Below are positions 32,431 to 42,052 of a stretch of 64,000 nt of DNA, piece by piece. The notes beneath the pieces were generated by a model. The model saw nothing but the letters and a program-made list of their open reading frames with translations. It had not been told where the DNA came from and searched no databases. A program made the position numbers and the translations under genes. How positions within the stretch are numbered: the stretch's first letter is position 1; the number at the start of each line of letters is the position of its first letter. Source of the stretch: an uncultured Gemmatimonadaceae bacterium (lineage in GTDB: Bacteria; Gemmatimonadota; Gemmatimonadetes; Gemmatimonadales; Gemmatimonadaceae); contig OY970320.1 of assembly GCA_963716745.1 (NCBI GenBank), forward strand, positions 1,888,001-1,952,000, written 5' to 3'.

Positions 32431-32463
32431 GAAGCCCCCGGCGGGATCTCCGCCGGGGGCTTC
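32431..32463. terminator. Hairpin terminator between convergent rnpB and dnaN
   Basis: gaagcccccggcgg-gatct-ccgccgggggcttc, a 14-bp stem. Confidence 0.8.
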
Positions 32464-32493
32464 ATCGTCGCACCCACTGTTACCGCGTCGGGA

Positions 32494-33607
32494 TCAGTCC
32501 ACGAGTCGCAGCGGCATCAACAGGCACAGGTACTTCCCGTTCTCATCCCACCCCACGGGCTCCACCGTCGCGGCGCGTTCCGGCGCCTTGAACGTCAATC
32601 GCACCTCCTCGGTGGGCATGTAGCGGAGGATCTCGAGCAGGTACGTCGCATTGAAGCCGATCTCGAGCGAGTCGCCTTCGTAATTGATCGGCAACTCATC
32701 CTGCGCTTCGCCCAGGTCCGGGGTCTGCACGCTCAGGCGCAGCAATCCGGAGTTGAACGCCATGCGAATGCGATGCGTCTGCTCGGACGCCACCACCGAC
32801 ATGCGCTTGAGCACCTGCATGAGGCCGTTCTTGTCGGCGAGCGCCACCCGATCGTTGTCCTTCGGGATCACCTGGTCGTAGTTCGGATACGGACCTTCGA
32901 TGAGCCGCGAGTACACCGCCGTGAACGGCGAGCGGAAGCCGAGGTGGTTGTCGCCGCGCGCGATCTCGAGTTCCTCCTCGGGTGGAAAGAGGCGACGGAT
33001 CTGTTCGAGCGCCTTCGGCGGCACGATGAAATCGCCAGCCGGCGCACCGGCCGTGCTGATCGGCAGCTCCATCTTGGCCAGCCGGTGGCCGTTGGTGGCG
33101 ACCATGCGCATCCGATCGGCCCGCAATTCCCACAACACGCCGTTCAGGATGGGCCGGCTCTCTTCGGTGGACGCTCCGAAGGCGGTGTGTGAGATCAACT
33201 TCTGCAGATCGGCCGATTTGACCCGCCAACTCTCGTTGAACCGCACCGATGGGAACGTCGGGAACTCATCGCGCGGAAGGCCCAGGAGCCGGAATCGTGA
33301 GCGGCCGCACTCGAGGCTCACCTTCTGCTCACCGGCGGTCGAGAATTTGACCGGCGCCGCCGGCAGCTCGCGAACGATCTCGCTCAGCTTCTTGGCCGGT
33401 ATCGTCGTCGCGCCCTGCGCATTCGACATCGGCCGTGAGCTCGGTGCTCACCGCCATGTCGAGATCCGTGGCCGACAATCGGATCCCGCGATCGGTGGTC
33501 TCCACCAGGATGTTCGCGAGCACCGGCAGTGTGGTCTTGGCCGGAACGCTCGCCGCAACCGCCAGGAGGCCGTCTTGGAGTTTCTCGCGTGCGATCGTGA
33601 AGCGCAT
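32494..33607 (-). CDS. dnaN: DNA polymerase III beta clamp (frameshift near 33420)
   Basis: LPVLANIL, ATDL, ATNGHRL, RLIEGPYPNY, LLMPLR. Confidence 0.95.
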
Positions 33608-33644
33608 CCGCTCTTGTCTCCCGTCTATCCCCAGCGAGTGAGCA

Positions 33645-33800
33645 CTCTAGTAGTTACTAGTCTATTAAAAGAAGAACAGCAGTAGTACTAGACCTTGGGC
33701 ATATGTGGAGCAACACCCGAACTCTGCACGGTGCAACGTAATGGCTCGAGATGCACCGCGTGGAATTCATGGGGAAGCGAAGAACTTCCCCCAACGGCGG
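33645..33800. other. oriC: Replication origin unwinding region (DnaA-trios plus DnaA boxes)
   Basis: dnaA-dnaN intergenic region. AT-rich tract, trios AAA GAA GAA CAG CAG TAG TAC TAG (33668-33691), then ACCT and tandem box-like TGGGCATA-TGTGGAGCA. Confidence 0.75.
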
Positions 33801-33836
33801 CGCATCAGATGTGACCGAATTGCGTCCGCGTGTTGA

Positions 33837-35219
33837 TCACTGTTGAAGTTGCTGCAACGTTCCACGTAGCGCGAGTACCCGCTGTCCGAACGATTCATCG
33901 GCCTCGAGCGAGCGCTCCACCTTCTCGATGCTGTGGATGACCGTCGAGTGATCCCGGCCGCCGAATGCGTTGCCGATCTCGACCAGTTGGGTTCCCAAGA
34001 GCTCACGGATGAGGAACATCGCCACCTGGCGCGGCACGGTGAGGTGCTTCGTGCGGCTCGCGGAGCGCAGGCCATCGACGGTGACGCCCCACGCCTGCGC
34101 AACGGTCCGCTGGATCACCGCGGCCGTGAGGGCCGGCGTTCCGGTGAAGCCCTCACCCTCGCGCATCTTGTCGCGGAGCGCCTCCTGCGCGAGCTCGACG
34201 CTGATCTCCTGGCGTTTGAGCGACGCGTAAGCGAGCAGACGGATGATCGATCCCTCGAGCTCGCGCACGCTCGACCGGACATGCTCCGCGATGAATCGGA
34301 TCACATCGTCCGGGATCGTCTGCTCGAGATGATCGAGACTCGCCTTGTTGTGCAGGATGGCGATACGGTGCTCGAAGTCGGGCAACTCGATGTCGGCGAC
34401 CATGCCCCATTGGAACCGGCTGACCAAACGGGCTTCGAGTCCGGGTATCTCGAATGGCGGCCGGTCGCTCGTGAGCACGATCTGCCGGCCGGCCTCGTAG
34501 AGCGCGTTGAACGTATGGAAGAACTCTTCCTGCGTCGCTTCCTTCCCGCGCAGGAAGTGCACGTCGTCGACGAGCAGGAGATCGGTCTCCCGATAGCGGC
34601 GCCTGAAGGCCTGCGTCGAGCGCTCCTGGATCGATTGCACCAGTTCGTTCGTGAATTGCTCGGAGCCGACATACCGGATCCGCGTCTCTGGGGCACGGAG
34701 CAGTATGTCGTGCGCGACCGCCTGCATGAGATGCGTCTTCCCCAAGCCGGTGTCGCCGTAAATGAAAAGCGGATTGTAGACCTTCCCCGGGGCCGCCGCC
34801 GCGCCCTGCGCCGCTGCCGCTGCCAATTCGTTGGACTTTCCGATGACGAAGTTGCCGAACGTGTATCGTTCGCTCAGGCGCAGCACTTCGGCCTCGCGTG
34901 CCACGCGAAGACTCTTCGACTCCGGGGTCGGCGCCACGAAGAAATCCATCTGCGGCCGAGTACGCCGCTCCTCGTCCACCCGGAACGCGACGCTCAGCGG
35001 ATGGCCGAGTACGATCGGCGCGTAGCTCGCAAGCAGCGTCGCATGTTTGGAGTCATTCCATTCCGCGGCGAACCGATCGGGCGCCGTGACGATGATCGTA
35101 TCGCCTTCGAGGCCAATCGCTTGTGTCGGTTCGAGCCACGTCCTGAAGGTTTGCTCTGGCAGCTCAGCGCGTGCTCGGCTGAGAAGAAGTGACCAGATTT
35201 CAGGAGCGCTCAATGACAT
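33837..35219 (-). CDS. dnaA: Chromosomal replication initiator
   Basis: YNPLFIYGDTGLGKTHL, QEEFFHTFN, RELEG, GGRDHSTV. Confidence 0.97.
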   Translation of the reverse strand: MSLSAPEIWSLLLSRARAELPEQTFRTWLEPTQAIGLEGDTIIVTAPDRFAAEWNDSKHATLLASYAPIVLGHPLSVAFRVDEERRTRPQMDFFVAPTPESKSLRVAREAEVLRLSERYTFGNFVIGKSNELAAAAAQGAAAAPGKVYNPLFIYGDTGLGKTHLMQAVAHDILLRAPETRIRYVGSEQFTNELVQSIQERSTQAFRRRYRETDLLLVDDVHFLRGKEATQEEFFHTFNALYEAGRQIVLTSDRPPFEIPGLEARLVSRFQWGMVADIELPDFEHRIAILHNKASLDHLEQTIPDDVIRFIAEHVRSSVRELEGSIIRLLAYASLKRQEISVELAQEALRDKMREGEGFTGTPALTAAVIQRTVAQAWGVTVDGLRSASRTKHLTVPRQVAMFLIRELLGTQLVEIGNAFGGRDHSTVIHSIEKVERSLEADESFGQRVLALRGTLQQLQQ

Positions 35220-35262
35220 TCGCGGCGAGTGAGTGCGGGGGGACGCGAACCTAGAGATACGA

Positions 35263-35271
35263 TGTGGAAAA
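35263..35271. promoter_or_regulatory. DnaA box upstream of dnaA
   Basis: TGTGGAAAA, one mismatch to TGTGGATAA. Confidence 0.55.
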
Positions 35272-35473
35272 GTCAATGCGACGTTTTGGCTCTATCACAT
35301 GACAAGAAAGATGTGGCGCGATTCTGCAACGTGAATGAAGATGGAAGCGACGCGTAACCGCATCGTCACCACTTCATCCGCCGATTTCATCGAGTATTGA
35401 CCCAACCGTTTGTCCCAACTACTTTTATAGGGTTGCACCTCAGACCGTCGATGATTTCCCGTGTGGAGTGTGT

Positions 35474-35638
35474 ATGGGCAAGCCAACTTATCGTCCCCGC
35501 AACAAGCGCCGTATCCGTACACACGGTTACCGCACGCGCATGGCGACCCGCTGGGGCCGCGAAGTCCTGAGCCGTCGTCGCAAGAAGGGGCGGAAGCGCC
35601 TCACTGTTCAGCTTCCTTCGAAGTACGCCGGCGCCTGA
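35474..35638 (+). CDS. rpmH: 50S ribosomal protein L34 (not in the ORF track)
   Basis: Hand translation [54 protein letters not shown]. Confidence 0.95.
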   Translation: MGKPTYRPRNKRRIRTHGYRTRMATRWGREVLSRRRKKGRKRLTVQLPSKYAGA

Positions 35639-35666
35639 TCGCATCCGGTTCCCGCGATCGCGCCGT

Positions 35667-35993
35667 TTGGCGCGCTCGGCGGAGATCCGTCAGATCGCAC
35701 GAGAGGGGAAGCGTATCCGGACTGCGCACTGCGATGTGCGGGTCAGCGCTTCCCCTTTGTCGTTGGGGCGGGCCGGGATCATCGTGCCCAAATTCGGGCG
35801 AGACTCCGTCAAGCGGAATCTGGTGAAACGGCGGCTCTCGGAACTGGTGCGAAGCGACTTGCTCTCCGCTCTCCGGCATACCGACGTTCTCATCCGTGCG
35901 CGCCCGGAAGCATACGGCGCGAGCTTCGACGCGCTGCGAGAAGATGTGCGCGCGATCCGTCAGCGGATTGGAGCTCCTGACCCCTCGCCATGA
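35667..35993 (+). CDS. rnpA: RNase P protein component (true start probably slightly upstream)
   Basis: GIIVPK...[16 protein letters not shown]-like motif; synteny with rpmH and yidD. Confidence 0.9.
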   Translation: MARSAEIRQIAREGKRIRTAHCDVRVSASPLSLGRAGIIVPKFGRDSVKRNLVKRRLSELVRSDLLSALRHTDVLIRARPEAYGASFDALREDVRAIRQRIGAPDPSP

Positions 35994-36202
35994 TGCGTTG
36001 GCTTCTGATCTTCCCGATCCGGGCGTACCAAACGGTGCTCTCGCCGCTCTTGCCCCCGGCATGCCGTTATTATCCCAGTTGCTCCAACTACGCGATCGAA
36101 GCGATCGAGCGATACGGCGCCTGGCGCGGTGGGTGGATGGCGGCGCGCCGTATCGCGCGCTGTCACCCGTTCCGGCCTGGCGGATTCGATCCGGTCCCGT
36201 GA
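35990..36202 (+). CDS. yidD: Membrane protein insertion efficiency factor
   Basis: [22 protein letters not shown]. Confidence 0.95.
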   Translation: MMRWLLIFPIRAYQTVLSPLLPPACRYYPSCSNYAIEAIERYGAWRGGWMAARRIARCHPFRPGGFDPVP

Positions 36203-36217
36203 CCTCACTGAGTCGAA

Positions 36218-37891
36218 ATGGATAAGCGCTTCTTCCTCGCGATCGCATTGGCGATCGGCGTAGTGCTGATCACTCCGAAACTCTTCCCGCCACCGCCGGC
36301 TCCCGTGCAGGTGACGGCGGATTCCGTTTCCACCCAGACGGGCGCGCCAGCCCCGGCTCCCGCACCGGCCGCGGCGTCGGCTGCCGGCCCGGCGTCGGCC
36401 CCGGCCGTGACGAGCCGCACGGTCGCGTCGCCCTCGACGTTCGAGCCTGAGACCACGAGCATCGAGACGCCGAAGGCGACGTTCCATTTCTCGAGCGCCG
36501 GCGCATCGCTCGTCGGCGCGACGCTCGACGACTACACCGTCTTGCCGAAGCGAGACCACCAGGTCGAGCTCGGGCGGCGCGGTGGCGCGCTCGTCACGTA
36601 TCGGCTGATCCAGGGCACCGACACGCTCGATCTGCGATCGCTGCGCTTCCGCGTGCAGCCGGGAACGGCATCTGCGACGACCGGGGTGCGCTTCGACGGC
36701 GACGCACCCAACGCCGCGCTCTCACTGCAGTACACGTTCGTCGCCGACAGCTATCTCGTGCACGTTGCCGGCGCGGTGACGTCGAAGGGAGCCTCCAAGA
36801 CGTCCGCGCTGATCGGGGTCGTGCTGCCGCAGGGACTCGCCTCCGCCGAGGCGGACACGATCGACGATCACCGCATGCTGGCATTCGTGGTGAAGCCCAT
36901 CGCGGACGATGCGGAGAGCGTGCCCTTCAGCAAGGTGGTGAAGAAGGGCGTCATCGAGCAGGCGGGGCCGTTCGATTGGGTCGCGAGCAAGAGCAAGTAT
37001 TTCCTGCTCGCGGTCATGGCTCCGCCGAAGGGACAGTTTGCCGGGCCGGCGCTGTTCACCGCGCCGCCGTCCACCGAGAAGGCGCCCTCGGTGGCCACGG
37101 GCGAAGTGATCGTCGCGCCGGATTCGGCGGGACGCTTCGCCTTCGAGATCTACGCCGGACCGCAGCAGTGGCGCCGCCTCGTCGCACTCGGTCACGGGTT
37201 GGAGCATGCGAATCCGTACGGCGGATTCCTGCGCGCCGTGGTGCAGCCGTTTGCGACATTCGTGATGACGGTGCTCCTGTGGATGCACGACAAGCTGCAG
37301 CTGAATTATGGCTGGGTGCTCGTGATCTTCGGCGTCGGCATCCGCCTGTTGCTGTGGCCGTTGAATCAGAGTGCGATGCGGAGCAGTCTGCGGATGCAAC
37401 GGATCCAGCCGGAGCTGCAGGCGTTGCAGGCGAAGTACAAGCAGAATCCGGAGAAGATGCAGGCGGAGTACATGAAGCTGCTCAAGGACAACGGGATGAC
37501 GCCGTTCAGTCAGTTCACCGGCTGTCTGCCGATGCTGATCCCGATGCCGGTGCTCTTCGCGCTGTTCTTCGTGTTCCAGAACACGATCGAATTCCGCGGC
37601 GTGTCGTTCCTCTGGCTCGCGGACATCTCGCAGAAGGATCCGTACTACATCCTGCCGGTCGCGATGGGCCTGTCGATGTTCCTCCTGTCGTGGATCGGCC
37701 TGCGGAACTCTCCGCCGAACCCACAGGCGAAGATGTTCGGCTACATGATGCCGGCGATGATGACGGTGTTCTTCCTGAATTTCCCGGCTGGGCTGAATCT
37801 CTACTACGCGGTGCAGAACCTCGCCGCGCTCCCCCAGCAATGGTTGATCGCCAAGGAGCGGGCGAAGAACCCGCGGCCTCAATCGCCGTAG
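36218..37891 (+). CDS. yidC: Membrane protein insertase
   Basis: YAGP, GCLP, DPYYILP and GLNLYY motifs. Confidence 0.95.
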   Translation: MDKRFFLAIALAIGVVLITPKLFPPPPAPVQVTADSVSTQTGAPAPAPAPAAASAAGPASAPAVTSRTVASPSTFEPETTSIETPKATFHFSSAGASLVGATLDDYTVLPKRDHQVELGRRGGALVTYRLIQGTDTLDLRSLRFRVQPGTASATTGVRFDGDAPNAALSLQYTFVADSYLVHVAGAVTSKGASKTSALIGVVLPQGLASAEADTIDDHRMLAFVVKPIADDAESVPFSKVVKKGVIEQAGPFDWVASKSKYFLLAVMAPPKGQFAGPALFTAPPSTEKAPSVATGEVIVAPDSAGRFAFEIYAGPQQWRRLVALGHGLEHANPYGGFLRAVVQPFATFVMTVLLWMHDKLQLNYGWVLVIFGVGIRLLLWPLNQSAMRSSLRMQRIQPELQALQAKYKQNPEKMQAEYMKLLKDNGMTPFSQFTGCLPMLIPMPVLFALFFVFQNTIEFRGVSFLWLADISQKDPYYILPVAMGLSMFLLSWIGLRNSPPNPQAKMFGYMMPAMMTVFFLNFPAGLNLYYAVQNLAALPQQWLIAKERAKNPRPQSP

Positions 37892-37892
37892 C

Positions 37893-39278
37893 GTGAACGG
37901 CCGCGTCGCCACTGCCGGGTGCCGAGGACACGATCGTCGCGCTGGCGACGCCGCCGGGCCGGAGCGCGCTGGCGATCGTTCGTGTGAGCGGCCGCGCGGC
38001 GCGAGAGATCGGCGCCGCGGTGCTCGACCCGTTCCACTGGGATGCCGGTCGCAGCTATCTCACGTTCGCTGCGCACGCCGGGTTCCGCCACCGCGATCGA
38101 TCGCGTGATGGCGAGCGTGCACGTCGCGCCGCACTCATTCACCGGCGAAGACACGATCGAGCTGACCACGCACGGCGGATCGTTCGTGCCCGCGCTCGCC
38201 TACGACGCGCTGATCGCCGCCGGCGCGCGCGCGGCGCTGCCCGGAGAATTCAGCCGTCGCGCCGTGGCCAACGGGAAGTTCGACCTCCTGCAGGCCGAGG
38301 CGATCGCGGATCTCATCGAAGCCCGCTCCGCGGTCGCGCATCGCATCGGCGCTGCATCAGCTCGACGGCGGCCTCACCCGCCGGATCGCGGCGTTACGCC
38401 AGGATGTCATCGCCCTCGAGGCGCTCCTCGCATACGAGATCGACTTTCCGGAAGAAGACGAAGGCCCGGCGCCGCGCGAACGCGCCACGGCGCGCAGCGA
38501 AGCGCTGCTTGCCGCGCTCGACCAGCTCCTTTCGAGCGCGCACACGGGCGAGATCGTTCGTGAGGGCGCGATTGTCGTGCTCGCGGGAGCACCGAACAGC
38601 GGCAAGTCCTCGCTCTTCAACGCGCTCGTGGGCGCCACGCGCGCGATCGTGACCGATGTACCCGGCACGACGCGCGATGCGCTCGAAGCCATGGTCGAGA
38701 TGGACGGTTGGCCGGTACGGCTGATCGACACGGCCGGCTTGCGCGACGCGACAGCGGATCAGGTCGAGCGGCTGGGCATCGAAGTGGCGCATCGGTACCT
38801 CGGACGAGCCGATGTGGTGCTCGTCTGCTCGGACGACCCGAGCGCGCTGCCCGGCGTGATGGAACAGATCGCCGGGCTGAGCGAGGCGCCGCGCGTCGGT
38901 CTGCGCACGAAGATCGATTTAGTATCAACAAGTGACTTAAAAGCATCCGCGGCGCGGGAATGTGTCGTGGTGAGCGCCGTCACGGGCCAGGGACTGCGTG
39001 ATCTTACGGAGGCGATCGCCGCGTTATTGGCAGCCGGTCTGCCGCCGGCGGAAGGCGCCGCCGGTTTGCTCACCCGCGAGCGGCACAAGCGATCGGTCGC
39101 GCGCGCACGTGCCGAGGTGGCGGCGTTCCGCGAGGCGTGGGTCTCGGGATCGCTCCCGGCGCCGGTGGCCGCGGTACATCTCCGGTCGGCCGCCGATGCG
39201 CTCGAGGAATTGATCGGCGTCGTCGAGCGGAATGAGGTGCTCGACGAGGTGTTCCGCTCATTCTGTATCGGGAAGTAG
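37893..39278 (+). CDS. mnmE: tRNA modification GTPase (several frameshifts)
   Basis: DTIVALATPPG, SFTGED, DLLQAEA, GAPNSGKSS, GTTRD, DTAG, FCIGK. Confidence 0.93.
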
Positions 39279-39283
39279 CGCTG

Positions 39284-39928
39284 CTACCGGGTTCCGAAGA
39301 GTCGGTCGCCGGCGTCGCCGAGGCCGGGAAGGATGTAGCCATTCTCATTGAGCTCGCGATCGAGCGCCGCGGTGACGATCCGGACGTCGGGGCAATCGGC
39401 CGCCATGCGCTGCACGCCCTCGGGCGCCGCGACGAGGCAGAGCATTCGGATCCGCACCGCCCCGACGCGCTGCAGCGACCGAACGGCGGACACGGCGCTC
39501 CCTCCGGTCGCGAGCATCGGATCGAGCAGGAAGAATTCGCGCTCCGCCGCATCGCCAGGGACCTTGAAGTAGTAGTCCACCGGTTGGAGCGTGTCGTGGT
39601 CGCGATACAGTCCGATATGTCCGACGCGTGCGGACGGTACGAGGCGCAGCACCCCCTCGACCATTCCCAATCCAGCACGTAGTATCGGAACGAGCGTCAG
39701 CTTCTTGCCGGCGACGCGCCATTGCGTCGTGGACTCGAGCGGGGTCTCGACCGTCGCCGCCTCGAGCGTGAGGTCGCGCATCGCGTCGTAGGCGAGGAGC
39801 ATCGCGATCTCTTCGACGAGCTCCTTGAACAGCTTCGTCGGCGTCGCGCGGTCGCGAAGGATCGCGAGCTTGTGCTTGACCAGCGGGTGATCCGAGACGG
39901 AGAGGTTCGGGAACGTCGATGCGGGCAT
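39284..39928 (-). CDS. upp: Uracil phosphoribosyltransferase
   Basis: [28 protein letters not shown]. Confidence 0.96.
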   Translation of the reverse strand: MPASTFPNLSVSDHPLVKHKLAILRDRATPTKLFKELVEEIAMLLAYDAMRDLTLEAATVETPLESTTQWRVAGKKLTLVPILRAGLGMVEGVLRLVPSARVGHIGLYRDHDTLQPVDYYFKVPGDAAEREFFLLDPMLATGGSAVSAVRSLQRVGAVRIRMLCLVAAPEGVQRMAADCPDVRIVTAALDRELNENGYILPGLGDAGDRLFGTR

Positions 39929-39987
39929 GCGGACAACTTACGGCGGGTGAGTCGATGAATGAATACCGGACGGCGGCGCGCTGAACG

Positions 39988-41370
39988 ATGGACATCACAT
40001 TCATCGGCGCGGCGCAGGAAGTGACGGGCTCGTGTCATCTCGTGCACGTCAACGGCAAAACGGTCATGCTCGACTGCGGGCTCTTCCAAGGGCGCCGGCA
40101 GGAGGCGCAAGCGAAGAACCTGCAAATGCCGGTGGATCCCGGGACGATCGACGCAATCGTGCTCTCACATGCGCACATGGACCACTCGGGCCGGCTGCCT
40201 CTGCTCGCGGGGCACGGATACGGCCAGAAGATCTGGTCGACACCGGCGACGCGGGATCTGTGCGCCCTCATGCTCCAGGATTCGGCGCGCATCCAGGAGA
40301 AGGATGCGGAGTTCCTCGCACGGCACCATCGCGACGCGGTGCCGCCGCTCTACACGGAGGCCGACGCGACGAAGGCCACCGGCCTGCTCTGCACTGTTCC
40401 GTACGCACAGGATTTCAGCGTCCTCGATGGCGTGCGCGCGAGCTACGTCGACGCCGGACACATCCTCGGCTCAGCATCCGTGATCGTCGACTGCGAAGAG
40501 GGCGGTCGGAACCGCCGCATCGTATTCTCCGGCGATATCGGCCGGAAAGGGATGCCGATCATCGCCGACCCGGTGCCACCCGAGGGCGCGAACGTCGTGA
40601 TCATGGAGTCCACCTATGGCGACCGGGATCATGGGCTGATCGACGAATCGCGCGAAGAACTGGCGCGGGTGATCCGGGACACCGCTGCCAAGGGGGGCAA
40701 GGTACTGATTCCCGCGTTCGCGCTCGGGCGCACGCAGGAGATCCTGTATGACCTGCGGAATCTGCAGCTCGCCGGTCGCGTGCCCGTGATCCCGGTCTAC
40801 ATCGACAGCCCCCTCGCGATCAGCATCACCGACGTCTTCCGGATGCACCCGGAGGTATTCGACAGCACCGAGAAGATGATCGCGTCCGCCACGAAGTTCC
40901 TCGACTTCCCGCTGCTTACGTACACGCCGACCGTGGAGGAGTCGAAGGCGCTGAACTCGCTGCACGGACCGGCGATCATCGTCGCGGCGTCGGGGATGGC
41001 GGAAGCCGGCAGGATCCTGCATCATCTCGCGAACGGAGCGGGGGATCCGAAGAACACGATCCTGATCGTCGGCTATCAGGCGGAGAACACGCTCGGGCGC
41101 CGCATCGTGGAGAAACAGCGCACGTTGAAGATCTTCGGCCAGGACGTCCCATTGCGGGCGCGCGTCGAGGTCCTCGATGGCTATAGTGCGCACGCCGACC
41201 GCACCGGGCTGCGAGAGTGGCTGCTCGCGGTGCGCGCGAAATCGCCCGCGCTGGAACAGGTCTATCTCGTACATGGTGAGCCGCCGGCGCAGGCGGCGCT
41301 CTCGGCGGCGCTCTCCGCCGACGGATTCAAGGTGTCCTGCCCGGCGCCGCACACCAAAGTGGCCGTGTGA
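39988..41370 (+). CDS. Metallo-beta-lactamase / beta-CASP ribonuclease (YSH1-like)
   Basis: HAHMDH, GHILGS, ESTYG, SAHAD, VHGE. Confidence 0.92.
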   Translation: MDITFIGAAQEVTGSCHLVHVNGKTVMLDCGLFQGRRQEAQAKNLQMPVDPGTIDAIVLSHAHMDHSGRLPLLAGHGYGQKIWSTPATRDLCALMLQDSARIQEKDAEFLARHHRDAVPPLYTEADATKATGLLCTVPYAQDFSVLDGVRASYVDAGHILGSASVIVDCEEGGRNRRIVFSGDIGRKGMPIIADPVPPEGANVVIMESTYGDRDHGLIDESREELARVIRDTAAKGGKVLIPAFALGRTQEILYDLRNLQLAGRVPVIPVYIDSPLAISITDVFRMHPEVFDSTEKMIASATKFLDFPLLTYTPTVEESKALNSLHGPAIIVAASGMAEAGRILHHLANGAGDPKNTILIVGYQAENTLGRRIVEKQRTLKIFGQDVPLRARVEVLDGYSAHADRTGLREWLLAVRAKSPALEQVYLVHGEPPAQAALSAALSADGFKVSCPAPHTKVAV

Positions 41371-41957
41371 CGAGCGGCACCGTGCACGGCCGCGGGACGG
41401 ACGACGGGATCGGCGCCGCCGAGCGGATCCTGCGCTCGGCGATCGCCGAGCTGGTGCTCCACGGTGCGGGCGCGCTTGCGATGCACGAGATCGCCGATCG
41501 CGCCGGCGTGAGCAAGGGCCTCATCCATTACCACTATCACGACAAGGACGCGATGCTGGCGCGCGCGGCCGAGCGGCTGGGCGATCGGATCGCGGCGCGC
41601 GGCCGGGGCGCGATCGTCCTCGCACGAGCGGGCACCATCGTGGGCGACATGCGTGAATGGCTGCGGTCCGAACTCCGGCTCGGTGAATGGCGCGCCCTGA
41701 TCTCTCTTGGCGAGTGGCCGGCGCCGGTGGTGCGGGATGCTGCGCACGCGGCGGTCGAGGCCCGGCGCGACATGATGGAGGAATTGGCCGCGACGATGTA
41801 TGCGCGGCTCGGCACCCGGCCTCGCATTGCGGCCGCACAGGCGGGCGAACTGCTCACTGCGCTCGTGAGCGGCCTCGCGGCCGAGCCCGATGCGGATCGC
41901 GATCCGAGCGACGCATTCGACGTGCTCATCCTCGCGCTGTTGCAACTGGCGGAGTGA
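41367..41957 (+). CDS. TetR-family regulator
   Basis: IADRAGVSKGLIHYHY HTH. Confidence 0.88.
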   Translation: MTSGTVHGRGTDDGIGAAERILRSAIAELVLHGAGALAMHEIADRAGVSKGLIHYHYHDKDAMLARAAERLGDRIAARGRGAIVLARAGTIVGDMREWLRSELRLGEWRALISLGEWPAPVVRDAAHAAVEARRDMMEELAATMYARLGTRPRIAAAQAGELLTALVSGLAAEPDADRDPSDAFDVLILALLQLAE

Positions 41958-42052
41958 GCGGTGACCGGCGAGCCTTGCCATCGCCGCGGCGGGTTCCGAC
42001 ATTCACGCACGTCGTCAACGGGCACGATGGACCGTCTCTCGGGGGATTCAGG

